A stretch of DNA of 63,789 bases, filler included, from Nitrospinota bacterium (GCA_030620925.1; 11 parts of 11 records of this genome joined end to end with filler, not necessarily neighbours in it), one strand, 5' to 3'. Positions 18,853-29,312 are shown, counted from the first letter of the whole stretch. Made by a program: numbers and translations. Notes: generated from the letters alone by a model not told the origin.

Positions 18853-19166
18853 ATACTCAACCACAGATTTTAAAAGAGTATTATTTTTAACATAATAATT
18901 AAATTGAGTCAAGCAGAAAGAGGGGCGAAGAGGATTAGAGCCAGACTATTGACAGGATGAGGGTTGTGTGTCATTATTATCAGTGATGTCGTGTACGCAT
19001 CTAATTATACACGCTGAACTTAGCCGTTCCCCCCTGTTTAAATTGACCAAAAAAGCGAGAATCAGGNNNNNNNNNNNNNNNNNNNNNNNNNNNNNNNNNN
19101 NNNNNNNNNNTTAATTAATTAANNNNNNNNNNNNNNNNNNNNNNNNNNNNNNNNNNNNNNNNNNNN

Positions 19167-20622
19167 CCCTGGGGTCCAATATCTCGTCGACCTTGTATGA
19201 CCCGGCGGCCGTATAGGGTCCCTCCATCTTTTTCAACTCACCTTCCAACTCCTTACGCGCTTTTTCCGGATCTTCTTCTTCGCCCACTTCGGTTTTGCGG
19301 GCTACCGTCGCGCTTCCCGCACTGGGCAATGAGCTGAAGGAGGCCGACGGCCATGCCGCCAAGAGGACATGCTCGTCTCCCATCATACCCATGGCGGCAC
19401 CGCCGAACCCGAAACATTTTCTGAGAATAATGGCTATGCTGGGTACCCTCACGAAGGCGGCGGCGTAGGAAACGGCCAACCCCGCCCTGAGGGTGCCGTC
19501 TACCTCCGCCTTTAGGCCGGGCATTATGCCGGGGCAATCGCACAGAAAAATAAGTGGGATGTGGAACGAGTTACATATATCTATGAACTGTCTGCCCTTG
19601 AAAGCCGCCTTGACGTCCACCGCTCCGGCCAGCACCATGGGCTGGTTTGCAATGATCCCCACCGGGTGGCCGTTCATCCGGGCCAGGACGGTAAGCAGGT
19701 TTTTGCCGTAGGTGGGCTTCCGCTCGAAGAAATAGCCGTCGTCGACGATATGGCGGATAATATCTTTCATATCGTAAGCGGAGTTGTCGTTGGGCGGGAG
19801 GATGTTCAATATTTCGTCATCCATCCTGTCAACAGGATCGTTGGTGGGGAGATGAGGCGGTTCCTCCCAGCAACTGGTGGGGAAGAAGGAGAGGTAGTCC
19901 CTGACCATCTGGAAACACTCCTCTTCGGTGTGGACTTCGTTGTCGGCCACACCGGTCTCATAGCAATGAATCTTTGAGCCCGCCAGGTCTTCTTTGGTGA
20001 TATCTTCCCTGGTGGCCGTCTTGATTATGGGCGGACCGGCGATGCCGAACTGGCTTATCCCTTTCACCATTATTATGAACTCGCAGAGTTGACCCATCAA
20101 CGACGAGCCGCCGAAACAGGGACCCAGCGCGCATCCTATCATGGGAACCAGCCCCGAAAGTCTCGCCAACGTAGTGAACTCCGGCGCCTTGGGCGGGCCT
20201 TGCACGGTTTCCTTTTCTGCGCGAGCACCCGACCCGTCAAGCAGGAAGATGAGGGGGACTTTATCCTTGGCTAACCTCTTCAGCATACGGTGTTTCTTGG
20301 CGATGTGGGTGTTCCCCTCCGAGCCACCCTGCACGGTGAAATCCTCGGCAATTATGCATACCGGTCGGTCGTCGATTTTTCCGAAACCCATTGCCACGCC
20401 GTCGGCGGCGGCATATTTCTCGGCTTCGGGGCTCAACCCGAAGAACGTGGCCAGTATGCCGTATTCGATGAAGCTGTCCGGGTCAAGGAGCAGGTCTATC
20501 CGCTCCCGGACACTCAGCTTTCCCAGCTTGTGCTGGCGCTCCACCCTCATCTCGCCGCCCATACCCAGGGCACGCTTCCGTGCGCGCTGGAGCCGCTCTA
20601 TTTCTTTACCCCATTCGACCAT
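19167..20622 (-). CDS. Acyl-CoA carboxylase carboxyltransferase subunit (copy 2, 3' truncated by the gap)
   Basis: GKLSVRERIDLLLD, DFTVQGGS, GPCFGG, GIIANQP, DCPGIMPG. Confidence 0.92.
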
Positions 20623-20657
20623 CGCCGTATTGCCCCCTATCCGATTTATATTGGAGG

Positions 20658-20835
20658 TTCACCCCCACCTTTAATCCTCCTCCCTATCGATCACGGTCTA
20701 TTTTATCCGACCTCCCCGCAGTGGCGTCCCGCGTGCCGCGGGACAAAACCCCCACCCCACGACTTTTGTGTGATATACACAAAAGTTTTTGGGGGGAGTT
20801 TGAGGGGGCCTTTTTTCAAAAAAGGCCCCCTCAAA
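20658..20835. repeat. REP-like hairpins between the carboxyltransferase genes
   Basis: TCACCCCCACCTTTAATCCTCC; GTCCCGCGTGCCGCGGGAC; TTTGAGGGGGCCTTTTTTCAAAAAAGGCCCCCTCAAA. Confidence 0.75.
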
Positions 20836-20852
20836 GAGTTTCTTAAAAAGCT

Positions 20853-22403
20853 CTACGGCATGATGCCGTGCTTCATGGCGGGGCCAAGGGTTTCTTTGCG
20901 GCGCGCTCTGGCGATTTCCAGGTGGCGTATGATAATGGGCCGGGTCTCCCTGGGGTCCAGTATCTCGTCTATCCTGTACGAGCCGGCGGCCATGTACGGC
21001 CCTTCCATCTCCTCGAACTGTTCCTCAAGCTCTTTGCGCGCCTTTTCGGGGTCTTCCTCGGAATCGACTTCGCTTTTGCGGGCCACGGCCGCACTTCCGG
21101 CGCTGGGCAGGGAGCTGAACTGGGCCGAAGGCCACGCCGCGGTCAGGATTTGATCCTGCCCGATGAAACCCATGGAAGTGCCCCCGAACCCGAATGCTTT
21201 TCTGAGCACGATGGTTAACAGAGGCACCCTGATGAATGCGGAGGCGTGGGCAATGGCGAGCCCCGCTCGCAGGGTCGCCTCCTGTTCGGCGATCCTGCCG
21301 GGCATGACGCCGGGGCAGTCTGCCAGGAAGACGAGAGGGATATGGAACGAGTTGCATATTTCAACGAACTGCCTCGCTTTGACCGCCGCCTTGTAATCCA
21401 CCGCTCCCGCAAGCACCAATGGCTGGTTGGCCACTATGCCCACCACGTGGCCGTCCATGCGGGCCAGGGCGGTGACAACGTTGGTGCCGTAGAAGGGTTT
21501 GCGCTCGAAGAAATAGCCGTCGTCCACTACGCAGCTTATGACCCGTTTAACGTCGTAGGGAGCATGGTAATCTTCCGGCACGATATCCAGCAGCTCTTCA
21601 TCCATGCGGTCCACGGGGTCGTTGGTGGGATAGTAGGGCGGCTCCTCCCAGCAGTTGGTGGGGAAATAGGAGAGGTACTCTTTTATTATGTCCAAGGCAT
21701 GGTCTTCGGAGAGGGCTTCGTTGTCGGCCACGCCGGTTTCGTAGCAGTGAATTTTTGAGCCCGCCAGGTCTTCTTTGGAGATTTCTTCCGAGGTCGCTGT
21801 TTTAACGATGGGCGGCCCGGCGATACCGAACTGGCCCGATTCCTTCACCACTATAATAAACTCGCCGATTTGGCCCAGGAGTGAGGAATCGCCGAAGCAG
21901 GGGCCCATTGCGCAACTTATTAAGGGCACCAACCCCGAGAGAGCGGCGAGCTGAGCATGATGGGGCGCTATGGGAGGACCTTCCACCGTCTCCTGCTCCG
22001 CCCGTGCGCCGCTGCCGTCCAGCAGCATGATGATGGGCACCTTGTCCTTTGCCACACGTCTGAGGATGCGCATCTTTTTGGCGAAATGGGAGTTACCCAA
22101 TGAGCCGCCCTGGACGGTAAAATCTTCGGCGATGACGCACACCGGCCGTCCGTTTACCTTCCCGAAGCCGGTCACCACGCCGTCGGCGGCGGCGAATTTC
22201 TCTGCCTCCGGGCTAAGCCCGAAGAAGGTTGCCAGCATACCGTATTCGATTAAGGAGCCCGGGTCCAACAGACGGTCGATCCTTTCACGCACGGTCAGTT
22301 TTCCCAGGTTATGCTGTCTATCTATCCTTCTCTGGCCGCCCATTCCCAGGGCACGCTTCCGTGCGCGCTGAAGCCGCTCAACTTCCTTTTCCCAATCGAC
22401 CAT
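20853..22403 (-). CDS. Acyl-CoA carboxylase carboxyltransferase subunit (copy 1)
   Basis: Same motifs as copy 2; C-terminal KHGIMP. Confidence 0.93.
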   Translation of the reverse strand: MVDWEKEVERLQRARKRALGMGGQRRIDRQHNLGKLTVRERIDRLLDPGSLIEYGMLATFFGLSPEAEKFAAADGVVTGFGKVNGRPVCVIAEDFTVQGGSLGNSHFAKKMRILRRVAKDKVPIIMLLDGSGARAEQETVEGPPIAPHHAQLAALSGLVPLISCAMGPCFGDSSLLGQIGEFIIVVKESGQFGIAGPPIVKTATSEEISKEDLAGSKIHCYETGVADNEALSEDHALDIIKEYLSYFPTNCWEEPPYYPTNDPVDRMDEELLDIVPEDYHAPYDVKRVISCVVDDGYFFERKPFYGTNVVTALARMDGHVVGIVANQPLVLAGAVDYKAAVKARQFVEICNSFHIPLVFLADCPGVMPGRIAEQEATLRAGLAIAHASAFIRVPLLTIVLRKAFGFGGTSMGFIGQDQILTAAWPSAQFSSLPSAGSAAVARKSEVDSEEDPEKARKELEEQFEEMEGPYMAAGSYRIDEILDPRETRPIIIRHLEIARARRKETLGPAMKHGIMP

Positions 22404-22439
22404 CGCCGTATTGCTCCCTGTCCGATTTATATTGGAGGT

Positions 22440-22502
22440 TCACCCCTACCTTTAATCCTCCCCATACCTGCCCCGCGGGAGGCGGGGTCAAGGGGGAGGG
22501 GA
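22440..22502. repeat. REP-like hairpin with nested CCCCGCGGGAGGCGGGG element
   Basis: TCACCCCTACCTTTAATCCTCCC-ATACCTGCCCCGCGGGAGGCGGGG-TCAAGGGGGAGGG. Confidence 0.75.
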
Positions 22503-22556
22503 TTAATGATTATTACAACAAACCCTCTTGAAGAGAGATTCATGGCTCAAAAAGGT

Positions 22557-23651
22557 TCAATCTCCGAAACAGATGCCCAGCGAACGGGCGGTTATTACGG
22601 TATCCAAATCCAGGGGGACCGTTTTCAGCTTGCTTATGGCGGCCTTGATGGGAACCGCCTTGACCGTCGGCGGGTCCAACGCCACCATGTACCCGAACTT
22701 CCCCTCAGCGAGGAACCGCACTGCCGCCGCCCCGAATCTGAGCGCCAGCAGCTTGTCGAAGGTTGTAGGATTACCCCCCCTCTGCAGATGGCCCAGGACC
22801 AGCGTGCGGGTTTCCTTCCCCGTGCACTTAGCGATCACCTCCGCCACTGCGTTGCCGATGCCTCCCAGGCGAACTTCCCTGCCTGCCTCCCTTTCGCCGA
22901 TGGTGTAAATGGTCCCTCCCACGACCCGGGCCCCTTCGGCGACCACCACTATGCTCCACTGATGACCCTGCGCCTCCCGTGTCATGATAGCGTCGCAGAC
23001 TTTCTTGATGTCGAAGGGTATCTCCGGTATGAGGATAACGTCCGCGGCGGCTGCAACGCCGGAGTTAAGAGCGATCCAGCCGGCGTATCTCCCCATGAGC
23101 TCCACTACCATGACCCTGTCGTGTGCCTTTGCCGTTGAATGAAGCTTCTCGATGGCTTCGGTGGCTGTGGACACCGCGGTGTCGAAACCGAAGGTTATCA
23201 CCGTTTCCGAAAGGTCATTATCGATGGTCTTGGGTACGCCTACGACCGGTATACCCTTCTCATAAAACTTCTGGGCGATGCTCAGGCTTCCATCCCCCCC
23301 TATGGCCACCAGTGCGTCCAACTTCATTTTGTGGAAATTTTCCACGACTTTGTCGGATATGTCCTTTGTCTTGAGGCAGCCGTTCTTTGTATCGGAAGGA
23401 TACTCGAAGGGGTTTCCCTTGCTGGCCGCACCGAGTATTGAACCGCCCAGGTTGGTGATCCCTTCCACATCGGCGGCGGTAAATCTGCGCAGACCGTCGA
23501 GATCGACCAAGCCCTGATAGCCGTGGATTATTCCGTAGACCTCCCAGCCCTTTTCCAGGCCGCAAAGGACCACGGCCCGTATCACCGCGTTGAGCCCGGG
23601 GGCGTCGCCGCCACCCGTGTTCACAGCTATGCGTTTGATTTTCTGTTCCAT
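22557..23651 (-). CDS. pfkA: 6-phosphofructokinase (group III type)
   Basis: TGGGDAPG, GGDGS, PKTIDND, ELMGRYAG, LGHLQRGG. Confidence 0.93.
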   Translation of the reverse strand: MEQKIKRIAVNTGGGDAPGLNAVIRAVVLCGLEKGWEVYGIIHGYQGLVDLDGLRRFTAADVEGITNLGGSILGAASKGNPFEYPSDTKNGCLKTKDISDKVVENFHKMKLDALVAIGGDGSLSIAQKFYEKGIPVVGVPKTIDNDLSETVITFGFDTAVSTATEAIEKLHSTAKAHDRVMVVELMGRYAGWIALNSGVAAAADVILIPEIPFDIKKVCDAIMTREAQGHQWSIVVVAEGARVVGGTIYTIGEREAGREVRLGGIGNAVAEVIAKCTGKETRTLVLGHLQRGGNPTTFDKLLALRFGAAAVRFLAEGKFGYMVALDPPTVKAVPIKAAISKLKTVPLDLDTVITARSLGICFGD

Positions 23652-23687
23652 AATGCCTGTTCAAACGGTCCCTTCGTTGATCGAAGT

Positions 23688-23915
23688 TTATATCGGTCCG
23701 GCCTCGTCCTGCGGATCTCGATTCTCAAAGTCCATAAATCGTTCCTCTTCCTCCCATTTGTGCCGGAGAGCGGCATCCTTCTGGCGGCGCCTAGCCATCG
23801 CTACCAACGCTAGCGCCGTAATTCCGAGCCAAAGGGTCGCCGAGCTCGAGATGATCGGCACCCATCTATACCAGAACGACTGCCGGCGCCAAAACTTATT
23901 CTCAGCGAATTCGAG
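23688..23915 (-). CDS. C-terminus of a membrane-anchored protein (peptidase MA-like tail)
   Basis: Hand translation ...WYRWVPIISSSATLWLGITALALVAMARRRQKD...WEEEE...GPI*. Confidence 0.55.
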   Translation of the reverse strand, partial: LEFAENKFWRRQSFWYRWVPIISSSATLWLGITALALVAMARRRQKDAALRHKWEEEERFMDFENRDPQDEAGPI

Positions 23916-24175
23916 NNNNNNNNNNNNNNNNNNNNNNNNNNNNNNNNNNNNNNNNNNNNTTAATTAATTAANNNNNNNNNNNNNNNNNNNNNNNNNNNNN
24001 NNNNNNNNNNNNNNNCATCCGCGCCTACTGATCTTTTGTACCCCTCCATCTATCAGGTCAAAAAATCCTTTGACAAAAGATAAAACTCTTCTAAAATACC
24101 CCCATAGAGTAACAGGCGGGTACCGGTTTCGATACTTGGCTTACATGCTTTGCATATAAAAGAGGAGAATGAGCC

Positions 24176-25348
24176 GTGGATTTCAGATTTACTCCGGAAC
24201 AGGAAGCATTGACAAAAGAGGTCACCGATTGGTGCGAAGAGGTAATGACCCCTGAGAGAATGGAGAAGATTGAATCTCAGGGAGAACTCATGAACGCTCA
24301 CGACCCCGAGCTCTACGAAGATATGGGCAAGAGGGGCTGGCTTGGGCTTCAGTGGCCCAAGGAATATGGCGGCTCCGGGTTCGGCCATATGGAGATGGGC
24401 ATATTCAATGAAGTCGTGGGCTATTACAGGGTGCCCATGGCCGGTTACGTCCTCACGGTGAACATCGTGGGCAACTCCATCATCACCTATGGTTCGGAAA
24501 AATTGAAGAAGGAATTTCTTCCCAGGATAGCGAGCGGAGAAATCCTTTTCTGCCAGGGTTTCAGCGAGCCCAACTCGGGCTCGGACCTGGCATCACTCCA
24601 GACCAAGGCCGTCCAGGACGGCGACGAATACGTAATCAACGGCCAGAAGATTTTTACCACCAACGCCCATTTCAGCGATTACATCTTCATGGCCACCAGG
24701 ACTGACTCCAACGTCCCCAAACACAAAGGTCTGAGCATATTCCTGCTTGACATGAAGTCTCCAGGTGTAAGCGTGAGGCCGTTATATACGCTGGGTGGCG
24801 GGCGAGTCAACGAGACCTTCTACGAAGACGTGAGGATTTCCGCGGACTACTGGCTGGGCGAGGAAAACAGGGGCTGGTACCACATGACCACCACCCTGGA
24901 CTTCGAGCGCTCCGGGCTGACCACGATAGGTGCTTGCCGCAGGGCCCTGGAGGAGATTGTAGAATACGCCAAAAAAACCAAGGTGAATGGTAAACCTCTC
25001 ACCAAGGACCCCCTCATCAGGCAGAAGCTGGCTCAACTGGAGACGGAGCTGTGCATGTCCAGGCTGCTCTCATACAGGGTCGCCTCCATGCAGCACCGCG
25101 GCCTCATCCCCAACCACGAGGCCTCCATGTGCAAGGCATACGGAGGGGAGCTGGTCCAGCGCGTCTCCCACGTGGGGACGCAGATAATGGGCCTCTACGG
25201 GCAACTACAGATGGGCTCCAAATACGTTCCCGCCAACGGCCGGATAGAGGCGATGTTCAGACAGACCGTCGCCAGCACCATCGCCGGAGGCACCAACGAA
25301 GTCCAACGGCTGATAATAGCCGGCCGGGGGCTCGGTCTGCCCAGATAA
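24176..25348 (+). CDS. Acyl-CoA dehydrogenase
   Basis: WPKEYGG, CQGFSEPNSGSDLASL, INGQKIFTT, TIAGGTNEVQR. Confidence 0.96.
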   Translation: MDFRFTPEQEALTKEVTDWCEEVMTPERMEKIESQGELMNAHDPELYEDMGKRGWLGLQWPKEYGGSGFGHMEMGIFNEVVGYYRVPMAGYVLTVNIVGNSIITYGSEKLKKEFLPRIASGEILFCQGFSEPNSGSDLASLQTKAVQDGDEYVINGQKIFTTNAHFSDYIFMATRTDSNVPKHKGLSIFLLDMKSPGVSVRPLYTLGGGRVNETFYEDVRISADYWLGEENRGWYHMTTTLDFERSGLTTIGACRRALEEIVEYAKKTKVNGKPLTKDPLIRQKLAQLETELCMSRLLSYRVASMQHRGLIPNHEASMCKAYGGELVQRVSHVGTQIMGLYGQLQMGSKYVPANGRIEAMFRQTVASTIAGGTNEVQRLIIAGRGLGLPR

Positions 25349-25560
25349 TAATCGGACAGGCCCTTTTTCTACTCCGCTAAGCTGCCGATACCTGGAATAG
25401 ACAGCCACAGGATATTTTTGCGCGCCTAATCCCTGGTAAAACTCATATATTAAAAGCTTCTACGGTTTGTCGTTTCGCTGTTAATCGGGGTCGGCGGAAT
25501 AGGTAGCAGGAGTGAGTCACCGATATACTGGGGAATTTCATAAGAAGAGGAGGTTGAGCC

Positions 25561-26004
25561 ATGGGTCTGCGGTCACGGATTATAGCTGTTGCTCTTGGAG
25601 CGTTTGTACTCATGTTTGCTGTGGATATATGTCTGGCAGGATCACCGGCAGAGGGGGATGGGGCTCCCACAGTAAAGATAGCGGAATTGAAGGGGGGGCA
25701 ACAAAAGTCTATAGCCCCGAAGCGCTCCGATTCCAGCATGCTCGCGCAACAAATCCAAAGCGAACTTGAAGCTATTCAGCGGACGATGGCTGAAATGAAG
25801 CGCCTGTCGGAACGGCTGAAGAACCATCAAAGAAGGCTGGCAGGATTAAACAGCAAGATGTCGTCCATGGGCGAACAGAATCAGATGATGCAGTTGCAGT
25901 TGCAGCAGGCAATGAATAGGCAAAGCCAGATGATGCAGACCATGAGTGCAATCATGAAATCCATGCACGATACCCAGAAGTCCATCATAAATAATATGAG
26001 ATAA
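25561..26004 (+). CDS. Secreted coiled-coil protein with a Met/Gln-rich C-terminal helix
   Basis: GGAGG RBS; Sec-type signal peptide; heptad-rich middle; ends QTMSAIMKSMHDTQKSIINNMR. Confidence 0.8.
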   Translation: MGLRSRIIAVALGAFVLMFAVDICLAGSPAEGDGAPTVKIAELKGGQQKSIAPKRSDSSMLAQQIQSELEAIQRTMAEMKRLSERLKNHQRRLAGLNSKMSSMGEQNQMMQLQLQQAMNRQSQMMQTMSAIMKSMHDTQKSIINNMR

Positions 26005-26179
26005 CAAGGGCTTTAGAGCGTTTAAGCCGGGGGAAATATATGCCGGCCGTTTAGCGTTAGGCGGCGAAGGTTTGCTTGTAAATTCTGTCGCCAAGCAGGC
26101 GCGGCGGGCGCTCAACGAGACTTTTCCCTCTTTGTAAGCTATTGTATTTCAGATACGTTACTTCTTTTTTCTCCGGCCC

Positions 26180-26596
26180 ATGAATTTACAGAGGGCCGAA
26201 TTAGAACGTACGGAAGAGATGTTGCGTGAAGAAAAAGAACTGCTCGATACTACTTTATACAGTATCGGCGACGGTGGAATCAGTACGGATTTATCGGGCA
26301 GGGTTATTATGATAAATCACGTTGCAGAAACACTGACCGGATGAACTCAAGGGGAGGCGGAGGGCAGACCTCTCGAAGAAGTCTTTCATATAGTAAATGC
26401 AAAGACGCGTGAGCCTTGTAATAATCCTGCAATGAAGGCCATGGAAACGGGGGCAGTCGTCGAGCTTGCTAATGATACGGTGCTTATTGCCAAAGACTGC
26501 ATTGAGCGCTTTGTAGCCGACAGCGGCGCTGCTATCTGTAATAGCGAGGGCGAAATCTACGGTACGATTCTCGTGTTTCGTGATATCACTGAATGA
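26180..26596 (+). pseudogene. PAS-domain sensor fragment with an internal stop
   Basis: TTLYSIGDG...[23 protein letters not shown]...LVFRDITE*; TGA at 26342-44 where Trp (LTGW) is expected. Confidence 0.8.
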
Positions 26597-26925
26597 TATT
26601 TTATTACCCGAATTTCATCTCACAGGTTTTCCCTGGTTATCCATGAAGTTGAGATATTGTCCTAATATCTTGACTTTTAGCCTGTCCCCTCTGACCACTA
26701 TTATGTTGTGTCTTCCCTATTCCGCCAGGAAAAGAAGACCTCCCTTTATCCTTACCATAGACCTCGAAAAAGTAAGGTTGAGCCTCTTTGAGGTTTAAGT
26801 GTAAAGAGTGCCCCAGGGATTATTTTGTTAACATAATAACAGGATTTTGCTAAGGTATTGAACTGCTAGAAAGGTGACTCGATAAAATAGAGAGTATCTA
26901 CACCAGTTCTGGAGGGCAATCATAG

Positions 26926-27312
26926 ATGAAATGCCCTAGCTGCGGTTTTGATAATCCTGAAGACATGGGATTCTGCGGTAAATGTGGAGCCAAATTAGAA
27001 AAGATTTGTCCACAGTGCAATTTTTCCAATCCGCTACAATTTGAATTCTGCGGTAAGTGCGGCACTAGTTTTACAGGCCAAACACCAAGCTCAAAGCCCC
27101 AAGCCGTAACCCCCTTTCCTCAAACACCTTTGAGCTATACCCCTTCACATCTGGCCGAGCGCATCCTGGCCGAGAAGGAAGATTTTGAGGCCCGTTCTTC
27201 TCCCGAGGGCGAGCGGAAGACCATCACCGCCCTATTCGCTGACATCAAGGGCTCCATGGAGCTTATAGAAGACCTCGATCCCGAAGAAGCCCGCTCCATC
27301 ATCGATCCCGCC
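26926..27312 (+). CDS. Double zinc-ribbon adenylate/guanylate cyclase family protein (truncated)
   Basis: CPSCG...FCGKCG twice; GERKTITALFADIKGS. Confidence 0.9.
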
Positions 27313-27412
27313 NNNNNNNNNNNNNNNNNNNNNNNNNNNNNNNNNNNNNNNNNNNNTTAATTAATTAANNNNNNNNNNNNNNNNNNNNNNNNNNNNNNNN
27401 NNNNNNNNNNNN

Positions 27413-27495
27413 AGTTTTTACGGGTGGTCTCCCCCCGCTGGGCGGGAGAGGAGCAGGGTATCCATCTTCTGGTTTTTAAAAAAGGACTGTTTTAA
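27413..27495 (+). CDS. C-terminus of the gene upstream of parA (rsmG expected by synteny)
   Basis: ...FLRVVSPRWAGEEQGIHLLVFKKGLF*; identity inferred only from position. Confidence 0.35.
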
Positions 27496-27596
27496 ACATT
27501 TCCTTGAATGATCCGACCCTTTAAGATATACTGAAAATTCAATGATATTCCGACGGTGAGCCGTTGCGTTCTGAGCGTTTTAATTTCGGTGGTGGC

Positions 27597-28382
27597 ATGG
27601 GGAAGGTGGTCAGCGTTTCAAATCAGAAAGGTGGCGTAGGCAAAACGACCACCGCGGTTAACCTTGCCGCCTGCCTGGCCGCCGCCGAGCGGAAGACCCT
27701 TCTCATAGACTTCGATCCCCAGGGTAATGCCTGCAGCGGCCTGGGAGTGCAGAGAAACGGTGTCGAGGGCCATATCTACCAGGTAATCATCGGGAACAAG
27801 GCCCTCAGCGAAGTCACCGTCAGCACGGAAATGCCCTGGCTCGAGCTGATACCATCCACCATAGACCTCATCGGGGCCGAGATAGAGCTGGTAAACATGG
27901 AGGGGCGGGAAACCCGCCTTAAGGAAGCTCTGAGACCGGCCCGCGAGAATTACGATTTCATAATAGTCGACTGCCCGCCCTCGTTGGGGCTCCTTACGCT
28001 TAACTCACTTGCCGCCGCGGACACCGTCCTGATCCCCATCCAGTGTGAATATTACGCCCTGGAAGGATTGAGCATGCTTTTAAGGACGATCCAGCAAGTG
28101 CGGCGCAGTTTTAACCCCGACCTCGCCATAGAGGGGATACTGTTGACCATGCACGATGGCCGGACGTTGCTCTCACAGCAGGTGGTGCGGGAGATTCAGG
28201 TCCATTTCGGTGAACGGGTTTTAAGAACGGTTATCCCGCGGAACGTCCGTCTCGGCGAGGCGCCCAGTTTCGGTAAGCCGATCATACTATACGACGTCCG
28301 CTCCAGCGGGGCGGAGGCCTACCTCAACCTTACCAGAGAAGTGATATCCAATGCAGAGAGAGGTTCTCGGGAGGGGAATTAA
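27597..28382 (+). CDS. parA: Chromosome partitioning ATPase ParA/Soj
   Basis: NQKGGVGKTTT, DPQGN, DCPPSLG, IPRNVRLGEAPSFG. Confidence 0.97.
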   Translation: MGKVVSVSNQKGGVGKTTTAVNLAACLAAAERKTLLIDFDPQGNACSGLGVQRNGVEGHIYQVIIGNKALSEVTVSTEMPWLELIPSTIDLIGAEIELVNMEGRETRLKEALRPARENYDFIIVDCPPSLGLLTLNSLAAADTVLIPIQCEYYALEGLSMLLRTIQQVRRSFNPDLAIEGILLTMHDGRTLLSQQVVREIQVHFGERVLRTVIPRNVRLGEAPSFGKPIILYDVRSSGAEAYLNLTREVISNAERGSREGN

Positions 28383-29205
28383 AGCCCTCATACCTGACAT
28401 CGATGAGGAAGCCCAGGAGCAGGTTTCCATGCTACCGGTGGAGAGAATAAGGCCGGGAAGCAGCCAGCCCCGGGAGAAGATAGACCCTCAGGCGCTGGAC
28501 GAGCTCGCCCGCTCGCTGAAGGACAATGGCCTGGTGCAGCCTTTGGTGGTGCGGGCTTCCGGAGACGGATACGAGCTTATAGTGGGGGAGCGCAGGTGGC
28601 GCGCGGCGCAGATCGCCGGATATAAGGCCGTACCCGCACTCATAAAAAATGTGGGGGATCTCGAAGCCCTGGAGATCGCCCTGGTGGAAAACACGCAACG
28701 GCAAGACCTCAACCCCCTGGAAGAGGCAAATGCATACCAGCGCCTGACTCGGGAGTACAGCCTCACCCATGACCAGATCGCTTCCAAGCTGGGGAAAGAC
28801 AGGAGCTATGTGAGCAACATACTTCGCCTGCAAAAGCTCCCTGATCTTATCAAGGAAGACCTGGTGGAAGCCAGGATAACCATGGGGCACGCCAAGGCCA
28901 TCCTCTCCGCCAGGGAAGATGATTGGCTGAAGCTGCGCGATATTATCTTGAAGCGGGGACTCTCGGTGAGGGAGTCCGAAGAGCTGGTCAGGGGGGGCAA
29001 GGCTAGGAAAAAGACCGGGAAGAAGGGAAAGACAAGGGCCGCCGAGTCGCCTTTCGTATCCTCTCTGCAAGAGGACCTGCAGCGGGTTTTAGGAACCAAA
29101 GTCAGGCTGCGGCCGGGAAAACGGGGGGGCAGACTGGAGATATATTTTTACAGCCAGGAAGAGCTCGAGCGCTTGATTGAACTGCTGAAAGCAGGCACCG
29201 CTTAG
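28351..29205 (+). CDS. parB: Chromosome partitioning protein ParB/Spo0J
   Basis: QPR, GERRWRAA, ENTQRQDLNPLEEA, HTH. Confidence 0.97.
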   Translation: MQREVLGRGIKALIPDIDEEAQEQVSMLPVERIRPGSSQPREKIDPQALDELARSLKDNGLVQPLVVRASGDGYELIVGERRWRAAQIAGYKAVPALIKNVGDLEALEIALVENTQRQDLNPLEEANAYQRLTREYSLTHDQIASKLGKDRSYVSNILRLQKLPDLIKEDLVEARITMGHAKAILSAREDDWLKLRDIILKRGLSVRESEELVRGGKARKKTGKKGKTRAAESPFVSSLQEDLQRVLGTKVRLRPGKRGGRLEIYFYSQEELERLIELLKAGTA

Positions 29206-29253
29206 ACAAGCTAAACGTTGTTAAGCAGTTGATTTAATTGGCTAATTTGGTAA

Positions 29254-29269
29254 AGTTTCACGTGGAACG
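29254..29269. promoter_or_regulatory. parS: parS centromere site
   Basis: AGTTTCACGTGGAACG versus consensus TGTTTCACGTGAAACA, directly after parB. Confidence 0.8.
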
Positions 29270-29312
29270 GGCCATTGGGCCGCGTTCCAAAGCACGAAGC
29301 AGGGGAGGAGTT

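Noticed and set aside
26000-26065. attC-like site (TAAC...GTTAGGC) after the secreted coiled-coil gene
   Set aside because: R'' is not complementary to R', the L boxes are unconvincing, and there is no integron integrase or second cassette.
26342-26344. UGA as Trp (alternative genetic code) or as Sec in the PAS fragment
   Set aside because: Many intact genes here end in TGA and use TGG for Trp. The position is not a Cys site, so a nonsense mutation is simpler.
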